DNA of 55,891 nucleotides from Minisyncoccota bacterium. Its GTDB lineage: Bacteria; Patescibacteriota; Minisyncoccia; Phycocordibacterales; UBA1006. Below are positions 1-7,590 of this stretch, one piece after another. Made by a program: the position numbers and the translations under genes. Under the pieces are notes generated by a model that did not search any database, was not told the origin of the DNA, and worked only from the letters and a program-made list of their open reading frames with translations. The DNA lies in the NCBI GenBank assembly GCA_036405175.1, contig DASWYC010000002.1, positions 1-55,891 on the forward strand, read 5' to 3'. The number at the start of each line of letters is the position of its first letter. Within the stretch, counting starts at the first letter, position 1.

Positions 1-58
1 ATTTAGCGATTTTCCTCTCCGATAGTTTGGCTTGAAAGGAATTTTTGTTCAAAAGTTT

Positions 59-1972
59 ATGAATAATTTATCAAAAATACTGCTATTGGCTGTCTTGCTA
101 ATAAATTTTGACATTATTGCTAATGCTCAAGTAAAAAATGCTTCTTTTGGAGTAAATGGGAACAATATATTTATTTATGGACGAAATAGACTATTTAGAT
201 ATGGGCTTGCTACTGTATTAGATAATAAAATTGGCAATTTAAATGACGGTAATAAAAATATAAAACAGGTTCTACTTAATTCAAATATTACGGTTAATCC
301 TTATCCAATTACAGTTTTCCCAAACAATTCAACAACATTATCACTCGCAAGTGTGATTAATACTTATGGGAAAGGTACAGTTAGCGGTAGTACTGTAGTA
401 AATGTTTTATCTGATTGCAAATTACCAAGTGCCAAACTTTTAGGTTCTCAGAATATAATATCAGGGCAGTCTGCCGAACTTGTTGTTGAGTTTACGGGAA
501 AATCACCCTGGTCATTTGTATTAAATGGACAATCCTTTAATAATATACAAACCAATCCTTATAAAATAAATGTAAGCCCTTCAATAACAACCAATTATAG
601 TGTTACAGATCTGAATAACCTTTGTGGATTTGGTAATTCATCAAATACAGTTCAAGTAACTGTTTTGTCTGCTATAACCTGCGATATAACAGAACCCAAT
701 AACACTATTCAAGATGCCTATTTCTTAGGCAATGACAGGAAATATACTTTTGGAAATACAAATACTTATACTTTGGATTTATGTATTGATAATAACAACG
801 ACGAGGATTGGTTTCAGTGGAATAGTAATGGGAAAATGTACTTTATTAGGGTCAGCTTATATTCTGCAGGTTCAAATGGCTACTATAAGTTAATAGTAAC
901 GGTTAATTACAACGCAGTTACTATCACTACTGCACCAATAGAAGGTAAACAATTATTTGATTCATACATTGAGTTATTTGATTCTGATGGCACAACATTA
1001 TTAACTTACGATAATGAAAGTGGAGATGAGTTTTATTCTTCATTTACAGGCGCTTTCTCTAGAATCTCAAATTCATGTGTTGAAACAATGAATGTTGCTT
1101 CACCTCTTAACGATATTACTAATGGAATACAAATAAAAAAAGCCAACAATACGCTTGTAGCGTCAAATAAAATAAAGCCAGAATCAAGTGTCCAATATAG
1201 CGCTGGTAACAGCCTATTATTTACCGAAGGTTTTGTGGTGGACAAAGGCTCTACCTTTGAAACAGCTATTCATACTTGTGCAAACCAATTCCCAACCAAT
1301 GGGATAATTTTTGAACACGCAACAAATAATAATTCCTATAATATTTCGCCACTATTTCCTGAGCCGCTTACGGGAAATGATGGAATAATGGTAACTGATA
1401 GTAGAAAGTATTTAGACCAAAGTCCTACTTTCTATTATAAGGGGCGTTCTGGTCTTAATTCTTCCATCGAAGCCATCAACATTACAACTTATACACTTTC
1501 AGTTTGGGTAAAAACTAATTATAACCAAGTGTTAGAAGGCAAACAGTATGCAATTGCACAATGCAGAGGGGCTACTCCTGGTGTTGGTAAGAGTATAACT
1601 ATGGGATACAATACCGAAAACGGCACCTGGTTTATTGGCGCAGAAAGGGATGGCACTTTAAATGGTATAGAATATCCGTTTATAAACCATAATGAATGGA
1701 TGCATATAGTTGGGGTATGGAATGGAGTAAGTGGCAGTGCCATAACACCCGAACAATTTAGCTTGTATATTAATGGTAAAAAAATACAGAGTACAGATAA
1801 AATACAAATAGGCCCGGCACTTATAGCACCTATTAGTGGTAACGGATCAATTAAAATTGGTTACCACGAAGCATGGAATACGTGCTTTGAAGGAGGCATA
1901 GACGACTTGAGAATTTATAACCGTGTATTATCAGTAGCAGAGATTCAAAACATTTACTTCTATGAAAATTAA
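59..1972 (+). CDS. secreted multidomain protein with PPC-like segment and C-terminal LamG/concanavalin-like domain
   Basis: ORF 32..1972. The first ATG at 59 is followed by a signal-like LSKILLLAVLLINFDIIANA. EPNNTIQDAY..DEDWFQW resembles a pre-peptidase C-terminal domain. The C-terminus GGIDDLRIYNRVLSVAEIQNIY is a typical LamG-domain ending. Confidence 0.6.
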   Translation: MNNLSKILLLAVLLINFDIIANAQVKNASFGVNGNNIFIYGRNRLFRYGLATVLDNKIGNLNDGNKNIKQVLLNSNITVNPYPITVFPNNSTTLSLASVINTYGKGTVSGSTVVNVLSDCKLPSAKLLGSQNIISGQSAELVVEFTGKSPWSFVLNGQSFNNIQTNPYKINVSPSITTNYSVTDLNNLCGFGNSSNTVQVTVLSAITCDITEPNNTIQDAYFLGNDRKYTFGNTNTYTLDLCIDNNNDEDWFQWNSNGKMYFIRVSLYSAGSNGYYKLIVTVNYNAVTITTAPIEGKQLFDSYIELFDSDGTTLLTYDNESGDEFYSSFTGAFSRISNSCVETMNVASPLNDITNGIQIKKANNTLVASNKIKPESSVQYSAGNSLLFTEGFVVDKGSTFETAIHTCANQFPTNGIIFEHATNNNSYNISPLFPEPLTGNDGIMVTDSRKYLDQSPTFYYKGRSGLNSSIEAINITTYTLSVWVKTNYNQVLEGKQYAIAQCRGATPGVGKSITMGYNTENGTWFIGAERDGTLNGIEYPFINHNEWMHIVGVWNGVSGSAITPEQFSLYINGKKIQSTDKIQIGPALIAPISGNGSIKIGYHEAWNTCFEGGIDDLRIYNRVLSVAEIQNIYFYEN

Positions 1973-2057
1973 AATATATTTCCTTTTTACTTTGCTTGGT
2001 CTGGCTCAATATATTTATGCCCAAGCTCAACTTGCTTATTTAAATCAGATATATTAA
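1962..2057 (+). pseudogene. 31-codon remnant encoding only a signal peptide (MKIKIYFLFTLLGLAQYIYAQ..)
   Basis: ATG at 1962 overlaps the stop of the upstream gene (ATGAAAATTAA). It reads as a secretory leader and stops at TAA 2055-2057. No mature domain follows. Confidence 0.3.
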
Positions 2058-2287
2058 AATTTTGATTCAGAACAATCCGGGTTTTAATTGCCTCAATTTC
2101 ACTCAGGGATAAAAGTTTTAAGATTTTAGTAATTATTTCAGCTAAACAACTACCTTATAATAAAAATAGCTTGACATTTTCTTATAAATTTTGATAAGTT
2201 TACTTATTGTCATTAATTCTGCACACCATATACAAACATGGTTTAAGTATCTTTAATAACAATTATAGCTTAATAAACTTCTACAAG

Positions 2288-4168
2288 ATGAAATTTTATA
2301 TAAAAAAAATTGGAAAAATTGCGCTTTTTAGTATTTTATTTTATATATCCTACCCATCCAAAATATTTCCTCAATCCCCGCCAGATATTTTTGATTTAGG
2401 CGTAAACTTCGGCCTTTCCGAGGGGTTTTCTTCTAAAAGCTTAGAGTCTGGATTCGTAAGATTAAGTATAAATCGAGCTCAACATCATTTCAAATCCGCA
2501 CAATTCTTCTCAGAGGCTGATATAAATTTTAAATTTCTATTAAAACCTGAGAATCTAACATTTGTGAATATCGAAAAAACAAGAATAGAGATTGAGCAAA
2601 AACTCAATAAATCACCAAAATATCTTCAATTATTTGACTTAGGAGTAAACCTTGGACAATACGAAGCATTTGCTCACATTCTAAGAACGAAAGGATTAAG
2701 TGAAAATGATATTAACTATCTAAATAAAACTGTTACAAATAAGGCTATTTCTCATGCAAAGAATTACGGTGACTTTAAAAATTTAAATGAACTTTTTGGC
2801 ATTCTTAATACCGATAATGTCAGAAATAAGGTAGATGAGATAGCATTAATGAAGGATAATTTAGAAAGAAAATCATTAGCTCTTAGATTATCTCTTAAGG
2901 AACAATTAAATAAAAAAACCGGCTTTAGAGCTGGTGTATGTAAAATAAATCTTAGATGCGATAAAGGTGAAGGACTGGTTGGATATGAACACCCTGACTC
3001 TATAAAGAGATATGCTTTGCATAATTCTGGTGACTTATCTGTCACAGCGTTAGTTGTTGAGAATAATAATACAAAAGTAGCAATTGTAAGCATTGATGCG
3101 TTATTAATCTATGACAAAAATACACAAAGAATTAAGGCAAAAGTAGGTAATCTAATAGGTTTAAGAAATATAATTATTATTGCTTCCCACACTCATTCTG
3201 GCCCAGAATTTTCTGCAGATGATAATAATCTTACAATTCCTCAATTAGTTAGGGAAGAGCAGATAGTTTCCGCAATCGTAATAGCAGCAGGAAGTTTAAA
3301 AGAAGCTGAAATCGGTGTAGGATGGGGAAATATAAATCAAGGATATAGCCGAGTTGAAAGATTTAAGAATAGTACATCAAAAACTAAATATGTACAGATT
3401 TGCGGAAATAATATTTATAGTAATTTAATAAAGAATGCATATTTAAAACAACATCCTTTGGATTTAATTGATAATTCGATAGGAATTATAAAAATTCAAG
3501 ATAGATTTAATAAAAGCTCCATAGCTTCTTTGATAAATTACGCAATGCACCCTGTCGTATTTAGTAAAAAAAATAAAGTTCTTTCAGCAGATTATGTTGG
3601 TATATTAAGAAAATCTATAGAAAAAAGTACTAATGCTCCATGTCTCTTTTTGCAAGGAGCTGCTGGTGATATTGTACCGTGGTGTTCAACTAAAAAATAT
3701 TCTGAGGCAAAACCTGCAGCACGAGAACTTGGGGTAAGTATCTCTAAGGAAGTACTAAAGGTATCGAATAAGATAAGCACATTTTACAATAATCCTATGG
3801 TCACATTTAATTCAACATTGATTCCAATTAAACATTACGATGGGTCTGACCGTATGCCAGATGTTGGAAATATTGCAGAGATAAATACTTTGTCATTTGG
3901 TAAAGACATAGCTTTGTCTACATTTCCTGGTGAAATGTTTGTAGAGCATGGTTTAAACATAAAAAAGAAAAGTGAATTTAAAAATACATTTGTAATTGGA
4001 TATACGAACCATGCAATTGGGTATATCCCTACAAAAAAATACTTTAATACTGGCGGTTATGGAACTAGGCCAACTGAATGTTATACAGCAATAGGGACAG
4101 GAGAAACCCTTGTTGAAACAGCTTTATATATGTTAAATAAGCAGAAAAATATCCAAAATAATTTTTAA
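2288..4168 (+). CDS. neutral/alkaline ceramidase-like hydrolase, secreted
   Basis: ORF 2207..4168. The internal ATG at 2288 gives MKFYIKKIGKIALFSILFYIS, a signal-like start. IIIASHTHSGPEF and FPGEMFVEHG..IGYTNHAIGYIPT match the conserved neutral ceramidase N-terminal-domain motifs. Confidence 0.55.
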   Translation: MKFYIKKIGKIALFSILFYISYPSKIFPQSPPDIFDLGVNFGLSEGFSSKSLESGFVRLSINRAQHHFKSAQFFSEADINFKFLLKPENLTFVNIEKTRIEIEQKLNKSPKYLQLFDLGVNLGQYEAFAHILRTKGLSENDINYLNKTVTNKAISHAKNYGDFKNLNELFGILNTDNVRNKVDEIALMKDNLERKSLALRLSLKEQLNKKTGFRAGVCKINLRCDKGEGLVGYEHPDSIKRYALHNSGDLSVTALVVENNNTKVAIVSIDALLIYDKNTQRIKAKVGNLIGLRNIIIIASHTHSGPEFSADDNNLTIPQLVREEQIVSAIVIAAGSLKEAEIGVGWGNINQGYSRVERFKNSTSKTKYVQICGNNIYSNLIKNAYLKQHPLDLIDNSIGIIKIQDRFNKSSIASLINYAMHPVVFSKKNKVLSADYVGILRKSIEKSTNAPCLFLQGAAGDIVPWCSTKKYSEAKPAARELGVSISKEVLKVSNKISTFYNNPMVTFNSTLIPIKHYDGSDRMPDVGNIAEINTLSFGKDIALSTFPGEMFVEHGLNIKKKSEFKNTFVIGYTNHAIGYIPTKKYFNTGGYGTRPTECYTAIGTGETLVETALYMLNKQKNIQNNF

Positions 4169-4314
4169 TCTTACCATTTTTTGACTTTAAAAAATAAATT
4201 TAGACTATTTTATTTCACGATTTCATCAATACATTTCTTCCTCATATTTAGTGCTATTTAAATTATAAAGTAAAACAGAGGTTATTTCTAATTACTTTTA
4301 GTCTATCACGCAAT

Positions 4315-4467
4315 TCATAAACGAATTTTATTAGTAGTCAGTGGATTAATAGGAGAAATTAATTTGTTTTTTCTGCTAATATCAACCTCCTCACTTAAAT
4401 CTGGAATGATAAACATATCTTTATTCTCATCTATCCAAGTTCGAATGGCGTCAAAGGTGCTCCACAT
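4315..4467 (-). CDS. small ORF (50 aa) MWSTFDAIRTWIDENKDMFIIPDL.., the longest and only ATG-initiated, uninterrupted version of the repeated gene start
   Basis: ATG at 4467 lies inside direct-repeat copy 1 and overlaps the recombinase stop. The same N-terminus recurs at 12888 and 13815. Confidence 0.35.
   Translation of the reverse strand: MWSTFDAIRTWIDENKDMFIIPDLSEEVDISRKNKLISPINPLTTNKIRL
4333..4466 (-). repeat. direct repeat copy 1 (72-bp core 4395-4466; extended homology to copy 2 from about 4333)
   Basis: The core ..atctttattctcatctatccaagttcgaatggcgtcaaaggtgctccaca differs at 3 positions from copies 2 and 3. Confidence 0.85.
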
Positions 4468-6025
4468 CAAGAGGGTTTGCAGTAGCAAACTCTTCAAATA
4501 ACCTTATGGCACTTGGTATTTCAGTGGTTCGATAACCCTGATTTATCTCATAAGGTATTTTTTGGTCAAAAACAAAATAAAAGAGTTGTTGCTTTTCAAG
4601 AGTACTCGAATTTTCCCATGCAATATATGGGGTTTTTAAAAATGTCTTCGCTTTTGTAAGGGCGGTTCGATAAGGAACATCCAGGTCTACTTTCTGCACA
4701 CTTTCTTCCTTAATCTTTTTCAATTCTTTAACGCTCTCTTCTATTTGTTGCTCATACGCACCTCTAACTTCATCAGAGATTGTTTTAAATGCAATATCAG
4801 TAAGACCTCGTATCTTCTCCTCCAATCTCTCTTTCTCTACTTCTTTGTTAGCATGTTGTTTTTTAATATTGGAAGATTCTTCACCCCAAACACGGTCAAA
4901 AACAGTTAGTAATAGTTTGTCGACTTCATCCTTTAAAATATTCTTCTTAAGAACGGTAGCAAACCCGTCCTCAATATCTTTTTTCTTTATTGATTTTCTA
5001 TAGCAGACACAACTAGTGTTTTGGCAAAAATAATAAGCATAGTGCCCCTTACGTCCCTTTGACCATGCGGCGGTCAAATGCATATTGCACGAGCCGCAGA
5101 CTGTAATGCCGCGCATGGGAAAATCATCAGAGATATCGACTCTGATTTGTTTACCAATTTCAGATTTTCCAAGACGTTTCTGTATAAGTTGGAATGTGTT
5201 TGAAGAAATAATACCTTCATGTTTACCTGGACGCCTCTCAACTTCCCAAGGAAGATACTCAACGTCACCGACATAAAAAGGGTCTTTTAGAATTGCGGCA
5301 AACTTATCAATATAACGAGCAGGTTTTTGTTTTTTCCAAAAACCATGTTCTACCAAAAAAGCACAGGCGTCGACTTTGCGAACAAAGATACCAGTTGCAA
5401 AACCTTCTAACGCTTCTTTTAGAACAATACCCTGAATAGGGTCTGGAATTGCATATTTGCCATGCATAGGGCTTTTTACTATGAGATAGCCCTTCTTACC
5501 TCCAAATGGCCAATAACCGGCTTCCAGACGTGCTCTTTGCTTCTGTATAACCTGTCTACTATTTTGATGTCTCTCGAGTTCAGATTGAGCGGCCATAATA
5601 ATTTCAGCAAATTTACCCTCGGGACTTTCATCAAAATTATAGTTAAGGCATCTCAACAACACATTTCGTGCCTTAAAAGCGGCACGTAGTTTTAAATGGA
5701 ACTCTACATCTCGAGCAAAGCGTTTTAAGTCATCAAATACAACAACAAATTCTTTGTGAGGATGAGCGTCAATATAAGCAATAAGTTCACGCATTGCAGG
5801 ACGTCTCATAAAATCTCCCCCTCCTGTAAAACTGTCTTGAAATGTTTTCTTATGTGGAACACCAATTACGTTTAGGTCAGAAATACAACGACCCTCCTGG
5901 CTCTGTAATCCAGACCCTTCCATTTCTTGTCTTTTGCTAGAAACACGAGCATATACTAGGCCTTCTCGGTTTTCATAGATACTACTCGTTAAATTTATTT
6001 TTTTATGACTTATGTCATTTATCAT
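4451..6025 (-). CDS. large serine recombinase (integrase)
   Basis: The N-terminal resolvase motif is LVYARVSSKRQ (catalytic Ser) with RFARD. It also has a recombinase domain, the zinc ribbon CGSCNMHL..YAYYFCQNTSCVC and a C-terminal coiled coil. Length is 524 aa. Confidence 0.9.
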   Translation of the reverse strand: MINDISHKKINLTSSIYENREGLVYARVSSKRQEMEGSGLQSQEGRCISDLNVIGVPHKKTFQDSFTGGGDFMRRPAMRELIAYIDAHPHKEFVVVFDDLKRFARDVEFHLKLRAAFKARNVLLRCLNYNFDESPEGKFAEIIMAAQSELERHQNSRQVIQKQRARLEAGYWPFGGKKGYLIVKSPMHGKYAIPDPIQGIVLKEALEGFATGIFVRKVDACAFLVEHGFWKKQKPARYIDKFAAILKDPFYVGDVEYLPWEVERRPGKHEGIISSNTFQLIQKRLGKSEIGKQIRVDISDDFPMRGITVCGSCNMHLTAAWSKGRKGHYAYYFCQNTSCVCYRKSIKKKDIEDGFATVLKKNILKDEVDKLLLTVFDRVWGEESSNIKKQHANKEVEKERLEEKIRGLTDIAFKTISDEVRGAYEQQIEESVKELKKIKEESVQKVDLDVPYRTALTKAKTFLKTPYIAWENSSTLEKQQLFYFVFDQKIPYEINQGYRTTEIPSAIRLFEEFATANPLDVEHL

Positions 6026-6188
6026 ATTCTCGTAATTCCGTTTTAATCATATTTCGACAGAATGCTTCAAGATACTCAATACGCTTTATGATTAGTTCTT
6101 TCGGACTAGAATAATCATTTAAAATCTTTCTGTACTCATCTACAGAAACTACAGGTTCTTTCCTTTTTTGCTCGACCAATGGGACCAT
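6015..6188 (-). CDS. 57-aa ORF overlapping the recombinase start (candidate accessory or directionality factor)
   Basis: Hand translation gives MVPLVEQKRKEPVVSVDEYRKILNDYSSPKELIIKRIEYLEAFCRNMIKTELREYDK. Its TGA lies inside ATGATAAATGA, the recombinase start, giving an 11-nt overlap. It is below the 60-aa ORF-track cutoff. Confidence 0.3.
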   Translation of the reverse strand: MVPLVEQKRKEPVVSVDEYRKILNDYSSPKELIIKRIEYLEAFCRNMIKTELREYDK

Positions 6189-6333
6189 ATCCCAATGGTA
6201 AAGTTAGACCTATATACCTCTACAATTCCTCTCACATTAAAAACAGATGAAATGAAATCCTTTATTTACTTGAGTCGAAATAGAATTATTAACAGTCACA
6301 GACCTTTATTTTTGAAGAGGTATACCTCCTTGC

Positions 6334-6978
6334 TCACTTAAGGTTTACGTTGGTCACTCGATAGCCAGAAACATTGTCACTTTCAAACAATACGCTTCTA
6401 GGCAGTTCCCATTTCTTAACGACGATATTTCTGATTTCGTCCACAACCTTGCGAACTCTCGGGACCGGCATATCCAGTTTTTCCGAAATCTCTTTTGTGG
6501 CAACATACTCCTTTTCTTTTGCCAGAAAATAAAGTAGTTGGTAACGGTCACTATCCTTTTCAAGTTGATGCTTTTTATCCACGCCCTCGGGATAAAAGAA
6601 GCCATCGCTATCAAGAATGAAATTGCGAGCACTCATCTCTCGTTCAAGTTTCCTCGCAATCTCATTTCTGTATTCCTTAAACTTCGAATTGTCAGCAACG
6701 TAGAACCAAACCATTACTTCGTGCACAGTTCCGTCCGTAACAGTTGTAATGCCAGAAGGACTTTGGCGAAACTCAATCTTTATATTTTCTTTACTTTCTT
6801 CTCTGATTTGGTCAAAAGAAAACTGTACGAGTTCGCTGTTCTGCAAGAGAGCGTGGAAGTTTGAGAGTTGCCCAGAGCCAAGTGTAAACGCTTCAACATC
6901 GGGGTTTTGCTCAATTTGTTCCTTAAGAAAATCTAAAATCTTCTTAATCCGTTCTAAGGGTTTGTGGGACGCATTCAT
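6334..6978 (-). CDS. DNA-binding protein with C-terminal OmpR/PhoB-type winged helix
   Basis: The C-terminus DRYQLLYFLAKEKEYVATKEISEKLDMPVPRVRKVVDEIRNIV..SGYRV follows the trans_reg_C pattern. The N-terminal 140 aa are unrecognised. Confidence 0.5.
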   Translation of the reverse strand: MNASHKPLERIKKILDFLKEQIEQNPDVEAFTLGSGQLSNFHALLQNSELVQFSFDQIREESKENIKIEFRQSPSGITTVTDGTVHEVMVWFYVADNSKFKEYRNEIARKLEREMSARNFILDSDGFFYPEGVDKKHQLEKDSDRYQLLYFLAKEKEYVATKEISEKLDMPVPRVRKVVDEIRNIVVKKWELPRSVLFESDNVSGYRVTNVNLK

Positions 6979-7002
6979 AACCCTATTTTAACCCATTCGG
7001 CA

Positions 7003-7275
7003 CTACACCTTAAGTTTGGCTTTGGCGGCGTATATGGCGTCCTTAAACGCCTCCTTGTTGTGCCGTATGACTGGGTAGCACAACCTCTCTCCGCTAGTCG
7101 TAGTGACCCATACATTCGATGAGTAATAACCACCGACCTCAACAGAAGCGACCTTTTCTATCGGTACTGATTTCTCACCTTCGAAGAAGGATTTTTTGTA
7201 AATGATTCTGTCTGGAAAAACTGCAATCCTCATTCCAAGAATCTTGAAGTGGCGGTCAAATAATGGCTCGCTCAT
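7003..7275 (-). CDS. small PH-like (bPH-type) protein, 90 aa
   Basis: The pattern ..IAVFPDRIIYKK....SVPIEKVASVEVGG...VWVTTTSGE resembles bacterial PH-domain proteins. It is the first gene after the structured leader. Confidence 0.4.
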   Translation of the reverse strand: MSEPLFDRHFKILGMRIAVFPDRIIYKKSFFEGEKSVPIEKVASVEVGGYYSSNVWVTTTSGERLCYPVIRHNKEAFKDAIYAAKAKLKV

Positions 7276-7328
7276 ATCGTTTTATTTCTTTGATAAAACG
7301 GTCCGATACGACCTTCCCTTAAATATGC

Positions 7329-7478
7329 AAAAAGGGACACCCGGAGCCGGCGTCCCACAGGCTTGAATGCACAAGGCACCAATTGTGGCGGTCGGGTGCC
7401 CCTTTCAGCCCGCAATTGGGGCTTCGAAAAAGAAGCACAAGACCTTGTACATTGAAAATAAACCTATGGGACGCCCGC
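7329..7478 (-). promoter_or_regulatory. GC-rich structured RNA leader with mutually exclusive long-range P1 helix and intrinsic terminator
   Basis: On the minus strand, P1 pairs 7478-7463 with 7361-7346 (14 Watson-Crick pairs, 1 GU and 1 mismatch over 16 positions). P2 pairs 7453-7443 with 7376-7366 (11 bp including 1 GU). The terminator is GGGACGCC-loop-GGGUGUCCC (7356-7334) followed by UUUUU (7333-7329). The terminator 5-prime arm is part of the P1 3-prime strand. One position in each helix (two in total) is GU on the minus strand but A-C on the plus strand. Confidence 0.45.
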
Positions 7479-7517
7479 TAATTATAACAGATTTTCTTTA
7501 AGTAGACCCACACCCCT

Positions 7518-7590
7518 AAATTGGCATTTGAGAAGGCAATTTGCCTTAAAATAAGGGTTTTCCTATTAGGTAAATGCCAATTGCCAATTT
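7518..7590. promoter_or_regulatory. array of TTGGCA/TGCCAA dyads at the 3-prime end of the protease gene
   Basis: aaattggcattt (7518-7529) is the reverse complement of aaatgccaattt within 7572-7590, which also holds tandem gccaatt gccaatt. A central near-palindrome aaggcaatttgcctt sits at 7533-7547. Confidence 0.4.

Noticed and set aside
7329-7478. Assignment of the structured leader to a known riboswitch class (c-di-GMP-I, ZTP, glycine, cobalamin, guanidine-I)
   Set aside because: Only short chance resemblances were found (GGGACGC, GAAAGGGGCA, GCCACA). None of the class-defining conserved cores is present as far as I can recall, so it is left unclassified pending cmscan.
7518-7590. TTGGCA motifs as a sigma-54 (-24/-12) promoter
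   Set aside because: No GG-N10-GC spacing with a TTGC -12 element could be aligned on either strand. The motifs form dyads instead.
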